Sequence record: LR745208.1
Length of the DNA stretch: 64,000 nt
Direction: 5' to 3' (one strand)
Shown here piece after piece: positions 52,973 through 62,126 of the stretch. Below the pieces are notes generated by a model that was not told the origin of the DNA, did not search any database, and saw nothing but the letters and a program-made list of their open reading frames with translations. The position numbers were made by a program, and so were the translations under genes. Position 1 is the stretch's first letter. Each line of letters begins with the position of its first letter.

Positions 52973-55900
52973 TGGCACGCATAGCCTCCGTAGCCGTAGG
53001 CGGTTTCTGGCCTACACCCCCCCACCTTGTCCCACACATAGCCAAATTGGTGGCTGCTCCTCGCTCGCCCATGAAGGGTGTGGTGGAATTCCTGGACCCG
53101 TGTGCTGGTGAGGGGGATGCGGTCTTGGCCCTCATGGAAGCCATGATGCCCGGGAAGCATGGGAATTCCCACGTTCACACCGTTGAAATGGAGCGGAGGC
53201 GGTTCGAGGCCCTCACAACTAACGTGAGGGAGCGGGCCGGGTGGCGGAGTCATCCCCTCCAGGGGGACGCCTTCCGTGTCGCCTACAAAATCAGCCGGGG
53301 GATCCAGGTTCTGTTCGCAAATCCTCCTTACGATACCGACCACCAGTTCAAGCGGCTAGAGCACCGGTTTCTCTCACGGTTCACGGGAACCCTAATGGAG
53401 GATGGGGCACTGTTCTTCGTGGTCCCCTTCTACGCCCTGAAGGCATCCGCAGACCTGCTTGCCCAAGAATATTCCAGACTGTACTGCTTCCGATTCCCGG
53501 AACCGGATTGGGATGCCTACAAACAAGTAGTGCTCGTGGGTCGCAAGGGTCCCACACAGATGACCCCGGATGCGGGTCTACGAGACCAAGTCCTTGGTTG
53601 GGCCAATGATGCAGATTCCATCCCTGTTTTGACGGACAACCCCCGTCCCCTCTGGACCCTGCCCGACGATACCGTCAACTATTCTAGGGATGCCTTCACG
53701 ACCTGGGAAATGCGCCCCGTCGACACGGCTACCATGATGGCCGAACTTAAGCCCTGGACGATGTCCGACCGGTCCGGCAAACAGTTCCCTATCTACGGGG
53801 TCATCCCTGAAGTCGGGGAGTTAATTGCCAGAACGTACCCAACTGCTATGCCACCGAGGCCCGCCCACATTGCCGCCGGGATCGCGGCGGGTGTCTTCAA
53901 CGGGGCCCGAATTGTCCCTAATGACCCTGCCTCGAAGCTCCCCCCGCTTCTTGTGAAGGGCGTGTTTGATAAGGAATTCCGTACGGTTGACGAGAAGACC
54001 AACAAGGACGGGGAAGTCACGGGGCTGGTCCAAATCCAGCAACCCAAACTGGTTGTGTCGGTCCTGGACTTGAACCAGTGCTGCTACCACACCATGAAGA
54101 TGGAAGCGGCTACCTCCAAGGCCACGGAGATCTCTGAGTTTACCACAGGTGACTTGCTCGCCCATTACAGCCGGAGTCTCCTGGACACCCTACTGGATCA
54201 CTGCCCGGTCCAGCATGACCCGTCCAATCCCGACCACAGGATGGCCCTTCCTTTCACGATCATGGGGGAGGTAACCCCCCTGGACCCAACTGCCACACGG
54301 GTAATCCCACGGCTCCTGTTCCCAGCACAGGCCCATTGCGTAATGAGTGCAATCAAGCTCCTGGGAGGCTTGAAGGCCAAGAAGCGTGGGCGCATCGGTA
54401 AGACAGCCCTGGTACTGGGCGAGCTTGGGTCGGGAAAAAGTACGATTTCTCTCGCCACGGCTCATTCGATTGGGGCCAAGCGCATCCTGATTCTGTGCCC
54501 CCCGCACCTGCTTGATAGCTGGCAGACCCAAATTGCTGCTGTGACCCCATGGGCCAAGGCAACGGTGCTCAAGGACATCCCCTCCATCGAGGCGTTCTCG
54601 GCCGATGCATCTACTCCGGTGGCCATTGCCATCCTGTCCCGTGAGACGGCCAAGCTCGGGCATGCCATCGAGGGAGTCACCGGGTGGTGCCCCAAGTGTG
54701 GGTCCGAGCTTCCCGAAGAAGACTTGGCCAAGAAGCGGTCTCGCTGTGAAGCAACCCACCGGATGCCCCTCAACGAGGAAGCCCAGATTATGCTGGACCT
54801 TGGGCGCCTGTTGATGGCTCGCTTCCCCGGGGACTCCCGCACCAACGCCCTGGCGATGACCCGACACATGCGCAAAGTCATCCAGGCCTGGGAAGCCCTT
54901 CCCAGGACGGGGGCGATGGAGACCAAGGCAGAGATGGACCTGCGGTCTAGCCCCCGCCTTACGGGGGCAATTTGGAGCCTTGCGGGGATGTTCTGTAAGT
55001 CGGCCCGGAATCAGTATGGTAACCAGGACAACAAGCACCTTCAGGCGTTGCAGCTTCTGCTGGCGGGGCTCAATGACCAGGACCTGATTGCCCAGGTGGC
55101 CCTGTACCTGTACACGTTTCAATCCACTTCTCCTGAGGAAGACTCCACATCACAACAAAGGCAATGTGGGGAGGCAGTTCGTACTGCGGCCCGCGGGCTC
55201 CTGTTGCTCATGGCTCCCGGTTCGGCCAAGTTGTTGGAAATGGTTAGTGAGTTCAAGGCGGTCAAGCTCGAAGAGCAGGAGTCCTCCACGTATTCCTACG
55301 GGCGCCCACAAGACCCCTGGAAGGAGTGGGCCATCATTCAGGATGCCTTGTGCAACAAAACTGAATACCTTAACTGGTATTCTTACCACGGCATGGCGTT
55401 CAGTGAGAGTGGGGTTATGCTCCGTGACCGGTCGGTTGGGGACTCCAGGTCTTTCCTGGACGCGATCAGCCAGCTGTCCCCAGCTGCCTCATGGGCAACG
55501 TCGGAAGTGTGTGGAGAGGTACTTTTCCAGGCTATTCCGGAACCGCGGAGGGTCCCGCTGGCCAAGCACATCGCCAAGAAGTACCCGAAACTGTTCGATA
55601 TGTTGTTCATCGACGAGAATCAGGATTTTTCCTCAGCCGGGTCAGCCCAATACTTTGCTTCCAGTGCCTTAGCCTCCCTTGGCCTTCCCACGCTTCGGTT
55701 GACTGGCTCAGTGATGAACGGCTATGCCGAGTCACTCTTCAACACCCTGTGGGAGAGTTCTCCCGCCTTTCGAGAGGAGTTTGCCCGGGATCAAAGGACT
55801 CTGTTCACGGATCGGTATGGCTACAAGAAGCGGATTCTTGAACAGAAGGACATGGATACGGGTAAGCCTGTAGCTTATGGGGCAGTGACGGACCGTATTG

Positions 55901-56943
55901 AGGAACGTGGGCGGGACGTGGGTCATGCGCCCGGGGTCCTGCCCCTACTCATTTTGAAGCACCTGTTGCCCATTGCGGTGACTCTCCACAAGACTGACTT
56001 GGCCCTCAACCTCCCTGTATGCCGTGAGATTGTCGAGAAGATCCAGCCCACCAGTGAGCAGTTGGCACGGCATGAAAGCATGTTGGCCGACTTGCTGGCT
56101 GCGATCAAGGCAGACCGCTTTGATGAGGTTCTCTCGGGCAAGCTATTTGGCCAGCTGAGTGAGGCACCCTCGCATTTGGACCGATGCACGGACGATGTAG
56201 GTAACTGTGATGACGGGGCCTTTGAGATCAGGTACCCCGAGTCTGTGGGTGGGTCCCTGGTTCATCGAGCCGAACCCTTCTCCAGCACTACCCTACTCCC
56301 CAAAGAAGAGTGGATGTTGAACAAGGTCGAAGCCGAGTTGGCTGAGGGTCGCAACGTGATGGTCTTCTCGTGGCATGTGAGTCTTCTCCCCCGGCTGGCC
56401 CGGCTCATTGAGGCCAGGATCGGTGAGAAGGTCGTAGTGCTGAATCCGGCCAAGGTTGGGACGGCCAAGCGTGAGGCGTGGATCAACAAGGAGGTTGTGG
56501 GGAAGGGTCGCCGGGTCATGCTCACCAATCCAGTGGCAATCATGACTGGTCTCAATAACCTTGTTTGGTTCGCCACGGAGGTATTCTTCGAGGGCCCCAA
56601 CTGCGCCGCCATAGTGGCGAGGCAGGCAATTGGCAGAGTAGATCGGATTGGCCAGACCAAAGAGACCCGTATCTACTTCCCTCTTTACGAGGTTGACACC
56701 CAGGTAGGGATGCACGAACTACTGATGACCAAAGTTGCTGTGAGCATGTCCGTGGATGGTTTGGATCCTGAGGGTGCTCTGGCGGCTGCGGGCGCATCAG
56801 AAGGTTCCGCCTACACGGGAATCTCCGTTGGGAAGCACCTGTACGACCTGCTCTCGGAACGGGCAGCAAGAGTCCGGCCCGTGTCTGGATTTTCATCCCC
56901 CAAGGCCAGCTTGGGGGGTGTCTTGGATTTGCTTGGGTCATAA
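52972..56943 (+). CDS. DNA methyltransferase (DUF6094-like) fused to an SF2/SNF2-like helicase
   Basis: GGFWPTP, LDPCAGEG, NPPY; GELGSGKST, DENQD, LTGS, QAIGRVDRIGQ. Confidence 0.85.
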   Translation: MARIASVAVGGFWPTPPHLVPHIAKLVAAPRSPMKGVVEFLDPCAGEGDAVLALMEAMMPGKHGNSHVHTVEMERRRFEALTTNVRERAGWRSHPLQGDAFRVAYKISRGIQVLFANPPYDTDHQFKRLEHRFLSRFTGTLMEDGALFFVVPFYALKASADLLAQEYSRLYCFRFPEPDWDAYKQVVLVGRKGPTQMTPDAGLRDQVLGWANDADSIPVLTDNPRPLWTLPDDTVNYSRDAFTTWEMRPVDTATMMAELKPWTMSDRSGKQFPIYGVIPEVGELIARTYPTAMPPRPAHIAAGIAAGVFNGARIVPNDPASKLPPLLVKGVFDKEFRTVDEKTNKDGEVTGLVQIQQPKLVVSVLDLNQCCYHTMKMEAATSKATEISEFTTGDLLAHYSRSLLDTLLDHCPVQHDPSNPDHRMALPFTIMGEVTPLDPTATRVIPRLLFPAQAHCVMSAIKLLGGLKAKKRGRIGKTALVLGELGSGKSTISLATAHSIGAKRILILCPPHLLDSWQTQIAAVTPWAKATVLKDIPSIEAFSADASTPVAIAILSRETAKLGHAIEGVTGWCPKCGSELPEEDLAKKRSRCEATHRMPLNEEAQIMLDLGRLLMARFPGDSRTNALAMTRHMRKVIQAWEALPRTGAMETKAEMDLRSSPRLTGAIWSLAGMFCKSARNQYGNQDNKHLQALQLLLAGLNDQDLIAQVALYLYTFQSTSPEEDSTSQQRQCGEAVRTAARGLLLLMAPGSAKLLEMVSEFKAVKLEEQESSTYSYGRPQDPWKEWAIIQDALCNKTEYLNWYSYHGMAFSESGVMLRDRSVGDSRSFLDAISQLSPAASWATSEVCGEVLFQAIPEPRRVPLAKHIAKKYPKLFDMLFIDENQDFSSAGSAQYFASSALASLGLPTLRLTGSVMNGYAESLFNTLWESSPAFREEFARDQRTLFTDRYGYKKRILEQKDMDTGKPVAYGAVTDRIEERGRDVGHAPGVLPLLILKHLLPIAVTLHKTDLALNLPVCREIVEKIQPTSEQLARHESMLADLLAAIKADRFDEVLSGKLFGQLSEAPSHLDRCTDDVGNCDDGAFEIRYPESVGGSLVHRAEPFSSTTLLPKEEWMLNKVEAELAEGRNVMVFSWHVSLLPRLARLIEARIGEKVVVLNPAKVGTAKREAWINKEVVGKGRRVMLTNPVAIMTGLNNLVWFATEVFFEGPNCAAIVARQAIGRVDRIGQTKETRIYFPLYEVDTQVGMHELLMTKVAVSMSVDGLDPEGALAAAGASEGSAYTGISVGKHLYDLLSERAARVRPVSGFSSPKASLGGVLDLLGS

Positions 56944-56977
56944 TCCATCGGAATTCCAACCACTTAGGTGAATTCAC

Positions 56978-57004
56978 TAAAACTTGTCTCCGCCGTACCG
57001 ATAG
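56978..57004 (+). promoter_or_regulatory. Sigma28/FliA-like repeated promoter
   Basis: TAAA-ACTTGTCTCCGCCGT-ACCGATAG. Confidence 0.8.
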
Positions 57005-57038
57005 GGAGTGTAAGCTATCAACACCAGGAGGCAGCATC

Positions 57039-57350
57039 ATGGACCGGGACACCTACCAACTGACCCAGCATTCCAATATCCGCCAGCAGCAGCGAGGCTT
57101 GAAGGAAGAGATTCGAGATCTGATCTTCTGGTATGGGCAGGAGTTCCGTGGTGCCCATGGGGCCACCCACATGGCACTTGTTGAGCGGGAGCTTCCGCCA
57201 GAAATCCAGGGGGATCCGATGGTTGTCGGGGCCCGTGATTGGGTTCTGGTGGTGAGCAAGGGAATCCTGATCACCTGCTACCGGCGGCGAAATGCCGTTC
57301 AGGCGCTTCGCCGCCAAAGCGAAGCTAGGGCCAAGCACCACAGCCACTGA
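57039..57350 (+). CDS. DUF4258-like small protein
   Basis: LTQHSNIRQQQRG...LVVSKGILITCY; SD AGGAGG. Confidence 0.6.
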   Translation: MDRDTYQLTQHSNIRQQQRGLKEEIRDLIFWYGQEFRGAHGATHMALVERELPPEIQGDPMVVGARDWVLVVSKGILITCYRRRNAVQALRRQSEARAKHHSH

Positions 57351-57361
57351 GGGGGCTACAA

Positions 57362-57643
57362 ATGATCAACGGCGTCTACGATTCCACCGATTGTTATGTG
57401 ATCGTAACTGATGCAGATAATGGGACCATTCTGACGGATGTGCACATCGCCAGTGGGGTGACGCAGGTGCTTGATGAAATGGGGTGGGACGTGGAGATCC
57501 GTGCCCCCCGTCGTGGTGAGGCTCCTGGCACGTATGCACGGCGATCGGATGGGACCCTTCAGATTCTTGGGTTCTCGATCCCGGTGCCCGAGGCACTGGA
57601 TCATGTGCTCAACAAGGCACTGGATGCCTATTTCGAGGGGTAG
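57362..57643 (+). CDS. Hypothetical protein
   Basis: SD GAGG. Confidence 0.65.
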   Translation: MINGVYDSTDCYVIVTDADNGTILTDVHIASGVTQVLDEMGWDVEIRAPRRGEAPGTYARRSDGTLQILGFSIPVPEALDHVLNKALDAYFEG

Positions 57644-57656
57644 CAGTCGAATTCGC

Positions 57657-57683
57657 TAAAAATTTGGCCGCCCGTGCCGATAG
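57657..57683 (+). promoter_or_regulatory. Sigma28/FliA-like repeated promoter
   Basis: TAAA-AATTTGGCCGCCCGT-GCCGATAG. Confidence 0.8.
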
Positions 57684-57702
57684 GGTTGTGAGGTAGCCAA
57701 AC

Positions 57703-57972
57703 ATGAGCGAACACGAGCATACTTGGACTCCAGCGAGAGAAATGGCCGCTTACGAGTGTGCCTGCGGGGTCATGGGCCACAAGTCCGCGAAAACAGGGGT
57801 AGTCAAGGTGGTGACCACCATGAAGCCAGAGCCCAAGATGAGGGGCTCATGGAATTGGAACCATGCCCATGGTTGCCGCCGGATGCCTGCCATGGGGGCC
57901 ATGGGGTCTAATAGTGAGGATAGCAGCGCAGCCAACAATGGTGGGTACCTCTTTCACTGGTGGAGAAGATGA
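57703..57972 (+). CDS. Small HxHxW...CxC protein
   Basis: SD GAGG right after the promoter. Confidence 0.6.
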   Translation: MSEHEHTWTPAREMAAYECACGVMGHKSAKTGVVKVVTTMKPEPKMRGSWNWNHAHGCRRMPAMGAMGSNSEDSSAANNGGYLFHWWRR

Positions 57973-58922
57973 TGACTCGGCAGCACGACCTGAATCGCAC
58001 CCTCCTCCAGCCGGGGAGCCATGGCAAGCGGTTCTACCTGTCTTTTCTCGATGAAGCTCTGGCCCTCAAGTATCAGGATGGGGTGTACATTCTCAAGTGG
58101 ATTCGCAGCAGTAGCCAGTCGGGAGAGTCATCTCCCCGCATGTGCACCTGGAAGCACGACCTGACTGGTCGGACCCACGAAATCCTCACCGATTGCAACA
58201 AGGTAGATGCCCATCCATGGAATGGGCAGATTGAACCACCCAAGGCAGTTCCCAGCATCAACGAGGCGATCAACATGGCACTGATTACGATGACAACGGC
58301 TAAGAGCCCGATTCTCAAGTACCTTCTGGCCCATGGGGGCAAGGCCCCCGCGGCGGAAGTCGTGGAGGCAATGGTCCTGGCCTTGGGGGGCACCTTGGAA
58401 GGGGAAGAGAAGAAGCGGGCCAAGCAGGCCCTCACCAACTCGGCTTTCGAGCTTCGCCAGCGGATGGTACTGGTCAGCAACGGCAAGATTTGGGCACTGA
58501 CCGGGCTGGGCTTTCGGGTTGCCAGTGGGGAAATCCTGTTGCCAGCCAGGGATTACAAGGCCCCACTGGTTCGGGTTCGTGAGGCCCGGAAGTCCACCCC
58601 TACCCAGGCAGTGCCACTGGTGGCTGAACCGGTCAAGGCAGGAACCAAGGTTCGGGTGGCTGAGGGGCAGGACCTTCAGGTCGTCAAGTTGGAGGCCAAG
58701 CTGGCGAAGGGATTGAAGTCCCTGGTGGAGTACCAGCATCGGCAGCGCATTCTGGAGGCCAAGGTGGCTGCCCATACGTCCGAGCTGGCTGAAGCCCATG
58801 CCGAACGTGCGGTGCTGAGGGAGATGTACGTCAGGGATTCCGGTATCTCCCCAGAGGAACTCGCCAAGAAGATTCGTCGGGCGGTGCTCCAGCGCGAAAT
58901 GGATGCCTTGGACGGTGGGTAA
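57960..58922 (+). CDS. Hypothetical protein (possible winged helix plus coiled coil)
   Basis: 320 aa ORF; WALTGLG wing-like motif. Confidence 0.7.
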   Translation: MEKMMTRQHDLNRTLLQPGSHGKRFYLSFLDEALALKYQDGVYILKWIRSSSQSGESSPRMCTWKHDLTGRTHEILTDCNKVDAHPWNGQIEPPKAVPSINEAINMALITMTTAKSPILKYLLAHGGKAPAAEVVEAMVLALGGTLEGEEKKRAKQALTNSAFELRQRMVLVSNGKIWALTGLGFRVASGEILLPARDYKAPLVRVREARKSTPTQAVPLVAEPVKAGTKVRVAEGQDLQVVKLEAKLAKGLKSLVEYQHRQRILEAKVAAHTSELAEAHAERAVLREMYVRDSGISPEELAKKIRRAVLQREMDALDGG

Positions 58923-58947
58923 GAAACTGATCCCACCGTGCCGATAG
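58920..58947 (+). promoter_or_regulatory. Degenerate copy of the sigma28-like promoter with no SD or substantial ORF downstream
   Basis: GTGCCGATAGG present; weak -35. Confidence 0.45.
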
Positions 58948-58979
58948 GTATTTGAATGCCCCCACCTGAGCTTCCCTGA

Positions 58980-59034
58980 GGATGCCCGCTTACAGTGGGC
59001 CTACGAGCTTCTGGCCCACTGTAAGCGGGCATCC
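58980..59034. repeat. Perfect 22-bp inverted repeat with an 11-nt loop
   Basis: GGATGCCCGCTTACAGTGGGCC-TACGAGCTTCT-GGCCCACTGTAAGCGGGCATCC. Confidence 0.95.
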
Positions 59035-59081
59035 CACTGGAAGTAGGGTCACGAGAAAAACATAGCCTCCTCTGAATTCGC

Positions 59082-59108
59082 TAAAAGTTCCCCTTCTCGT
59101 ACCGATAG
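59082..59108 (+). promoter_or_regulatory. Sigma28/FliA-like repeated promoter
   Basis: TAAA-AGTTCCCCTTCTCGT-ACCGATAG. Confidence 0.8.
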
Positions 59109-59123
59109 GGAGTAGAGGTTCCG

Positions 59124-59597
59124 ATGAACAAGATTGAACATGTCGCCCCCCCAGTTGGTTCCAAGTTCACCAAGATCCACAAGAAGGTGCTCTACACCCT
59201 GGACGTGGTGGAGGGGGGATACCTCGTTTTGGGAAAGTTGTTTGATTCCCCCTCGGGGGCCGCGAAGTTCTGTACTAACCGCCCCACATCAGGTTGGGAC
59301 TGGTGGAAGATTGAGAAGGTGGGTGTGGCCAAGGTGTGCTCCACCCCTCAGGGGGGGCCTCCTCTTCAACTCGGGCCTGGAAGACAGGAGACATCAGGGG
59401 GTACTCCGGACCCCGAGGATGCCAGGGACCCGGAAGAGGGGGATGACGAGACCGTGGGGGACCTACTCCAACAGTTGGAAAGGGAGCTTGCCAAGAACAA
59501 GTCTCTGGAGATAATCACCCAGCAGCGCAACGAAGCGGTCATTGCGCGCAAGCGGGAAGAGCTGGCGAAGCTGATTCAAGAATCCGGAGGAACATGA
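59124..59597 (+). CDS. RAMA/DUF4357-like domain protein
   Basis: GKLFDSPSGAAKFC...SGWDWWK; acidic linker and coiled coil. Confidence 0.55.
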   Translation: MNKIEHVAPPVGSKFTKIHKKVLYTLDVVEGGYLVLGKLFDSPSGAAKFCTNRPTSGWDWWKIEKVGVAKVCSTPQGGPPLQLGPGRQETSGGTPDPEDARDPEEGDDETVGDLLQQLERELAKNKSLEIITQQRNEAVIARKREELAKLIQESGGT

Positions 59598-59634
59598 TGT
59601 ATCCCTGAAGGTCTGTCCCCGAACCTCAAACCAG

Positions 59635-59868
59635 TTGGTGGTTTGCCACGACCATGAGGGAGAGGATTGTAACTGCCCCCTCAATGGGGACCCCCTGGCT
59701 GGTGCCATGGTCCGGATTGGGTGCCTCCTTGTTCCCTTCACGCCCTGGCATGTTGCGGTTGTTCCCCTGCAAGTGAAGCTACCTGCTCGATTCTGGGACA
59801 AAAGGGCGGGCCACCCCGCCCGGCCTTGGAGTGCAGGGTATGCTCGGTGGGAAATCGGGGGTTGGTAG
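59635..59868 (+). CDS. Cys-rich hypothetical protein (probably starts at 59594 via an indel)
   Basis: CHDH...CNC; nearest ATG with SD is out of frame. Confidence 0.45.
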   Translation: MVVCHDHEGEDCNCPLNGDPLAGAMVRIGCLLVPFTPWHVAVVPLQVKLPARFWDKRAGHPARPWSAGYARWEIGGW

Positions 59869-59907
59869 ATTTCCTTCGCAAAAGGGTCCCGCGGGTGTAA
59901 ATCCAAC

Positions 59908-61074
59908 GTGACCCCTTCCCGACTAACAGGGGCCCACCAACTTGGAGTTGAGCTTCTCCGGGCCCTGGGGGTCGCTGCCCGTATCACCAGCTACATTCGA
60001 TGCACCACCAATGTGGGGCATGATTTGAAACGCATGAACTCGAAAGTGAGCAAGAAAATGGCCAAGATCGAAGACAACAACATGGAGCGAAACATGAGCA
60101 GCAATGCCGTAGACACCAAGGACTCGGGATGCCATGCCTGTGCGGGGTCCATCGAGGAAGAGCTGAAGATGAACAAGCCCAACCCTGACATCCAGCCTGT
60201 CAAGATTCCCGTCAACCTCAACCCCCTTTTCCCATGGGTGGTGCAGATTGAGCACATCACCCCCACCCTGGCCCTGGTGTATCTTGCTTCGCAGGAGAAC
60301 ACCAATCGAAGAGTGAACAAGCGCCGGGTCAGCGCATATGCCCCCATCATGCGGGAGCACAAGTGGCAGCTGACCCCCCAGGGTATCGCTTTCGATACAC
60401 GAGGACATCTTGTGGATGGGCAGCATCGTCTCTGGGCCATCATTGAGTCTGGTGTGACCGTTTCCTTGCTGGTTGTGTATGGCCTGAGTGATGATGCCAT
60501 TCGGGCACTAGACCGCGGATGGATCCGCTCAGTTAGCGAGGCACTTCGGAGGGGGTCATCTATTCCGGCGACCTTGAAGCCAGATTTGGCCCGCATTGGG
60601 TCTTGGGCTACCTCCGAGTACTTGATGCTGACAGGAACAAACCTACAGTCAGATCCCGAACAGGTAGAGGCATATTTTGGGAAGAACAGTGGGGCTATTG
60701 AGGAGCTCCTTCCGATGCTGAGTGCTCGTTGGCTGAAGGCTGCCTCAATTGGCGCCTCCCTGGTTTTCGCCATGCAGGAGTACCCAGATCAGACCTACCA
60801 ATTCCTGGGAGCCATGATCAAGGGAGCGGATCTTGCTGAGGATTCCCCTGCGCTGGTACTGAGGAATCTTCTGGAGCATTCTGTCGGGAAGGTGGCTGAA
60901 CAGCGCCGATCCCTGGCTCTCAGGATTCTTCAGGCCCTCAAGGTGCATATCCAGAATGGAACCCTCAAGGACTCGGACTCCCTGCGAGCGGATCGGCTCA
61001 TCTCCAAGGGACAGCTCACCAAGCTGGGGACAGAAGTGATCGCCTTCTTCCAGCCGGAATCCCCTGCCGCCTAG
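59908..61074 (+). CDS. ParB/Srx-like (DGQHR) N-terminal domain protein; start uncertain
   Basis: NRRVN...WQLTPQGIAFD..GHLVDGQHRLWAI. Confidence 0.75.
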   Translation: MTPSRLTGAHQLGVELLRALGVAARITSYIRCTTNVGHDLKRMNSKVSKKMAKIEDNNMERNMSSNAVDTKDSGCHACAGSIEEELKMNKPNPDIQPVKIPVNLNPLFPWVVQIEHITPTLALVYLASQENTNRRVNKRRVSAYAPIMREHKWQLTPQGIAFDTRGHLVDGQHRLWAIIESGVTVSLLVVYGLSDDAIRALDRGWIRSVSEALRRGSSIPATLKPDLARIGSWATSEYLMLTGTNLQSDPEQVEAYFGKNSGAIEELLPMLSARWLKAASIGASLVFAMQEYPDQTYQFLGAMIKGADLAEDSPALVLRNLLEHSVGKVAEQRRSLALRILQALKVHIQNGTLKDSDSLRADRLISKGQLTKLGTEVIAFFQPESPAA

Positions 61075-61108
61075 GACCACAATTCTTCCCATGGAAGTGG
61101 ATTGAAAC

Positions 61109-62113
61109 ATGCGTGACACACGTCCCGTCGAAGTCATCGTCAAGCAGAACCAAGAGATCCGGGATGCCCGTGTGGCTCTTGGGCTGTCCTCGAAGTGTCA
61201 TGAGTGGCGGGAACCCAAGGAGCCAGGACACCGGTACAGCCATGACCGGGGGCCTCAGTACTACCTGAACCACGTCCTGTTCATGAACAGGTTCTTCACG
61301 CTGCTGTTTCTGGACGGGGCATACCCGAACGGTGTCTATCAGCTTCTGTGGGTCGACAAGAATGGCCCCCATCTGAAGGAAAACGATGCCAGGAAGTCTG
61401 TCTGGCGCAGCATGGATGACTCGGGCCTTGGTGTAATCCATGAAATCCTCATGGATTACACCAGGGTTGATATCTGGCCTGTCTACCCTGATGTGGCACG
61501 AGAACCCCGCCGAGACCCGGTGGACCCCCACAATTGGGAAGTCATTCACAACGAGGAGAATCCAAAAGCATGGTGGGGCAGAGCTTGTGGGGCATATGAC
61601 CAGGGGTACCCATTTCGGGCCCAAAACGGGTTTGAGGAATTCTTATTCCACTGTGACCGAGAGCCCAAGGCTGCCTTCAACCTTGGCCGGATTGCGGAGC
61701 AACAGAACCGGATTGAGGAAGCGGGGGTCTGGTACCGTTGTGCACTCTCAATCCAGCCCAATTATCCCAGGGCCACGGATGCCCTAGCTGCCCTTAAGAA
61801 GCTGTGGGTGGCCCCTGTGATTTCCATTCGCAGGCAGGAACCCCAACCGCTTAACACTGGGCTGTCGATGATGGATGTCCTCAGGATTTGTGGCGCCCCC
61901 AAAGAGTACCTCACCAGGGGGCACACGGCTTTTCTATCCAAGGAAGCAGTCAAGAGGATGGGTGATAACACTCAAGGGCTCACCCGGGATTCCACCAACA
62001 TCTCTGACATGTACAGGTATGATGGGCAGGCATTGAACATCGCTGAGAACATAGTCTTGGGGTGGCTTCAGTGGAAAAGAGCTGGTTTGATGGGTGTCCC
62101 GGCAGTCCGGTAG
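61109..62113 (+). CDS. Hypothetical protein with TPR-like repeat
   Basis: AAFNLGRIAE...AGVWYRCALSIQPNYPRA. Confidence 0.7.
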   Translation: MRDTRPVEVIVKQNQEIRDARVALGLSSKCHEWREPKEPGHRYSHDRGPQYYLNHVLFMNRFFTLLFLDGAYPNGVYQLLWVDKNGPHLKENDARKSVWRSMDDSGLGVIHEILMDYTRVDIWPVYPDVAREPRRDPVDPHNWEVIHNEENPKAWWGRACGAYDQGYPFRAQNGFEEFLFHCDREPKAAFNLGRIAEQQNRIEEAGVWYRCALSIQPNYPRATDALAALKKLWVAPVISIRRQEPQPLNTGLSMMDVLRICGAPKEYLTRGHTAFLSKEAVKRMGDNTQGLTRDSTNISDMYRYDGQALNIAENIVLGWLQWKRAGLMGVPAVR

Positions 62114-62126
62114 AGTAACTGCACCA

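Noticed and set aside
4702-55122. Long antisense ORFs (e.g. 4702..5724, 25524..26549, 54190..55122)
   Set aside because: Shadows of GC-rich coding genes on the other strand, with no motifs
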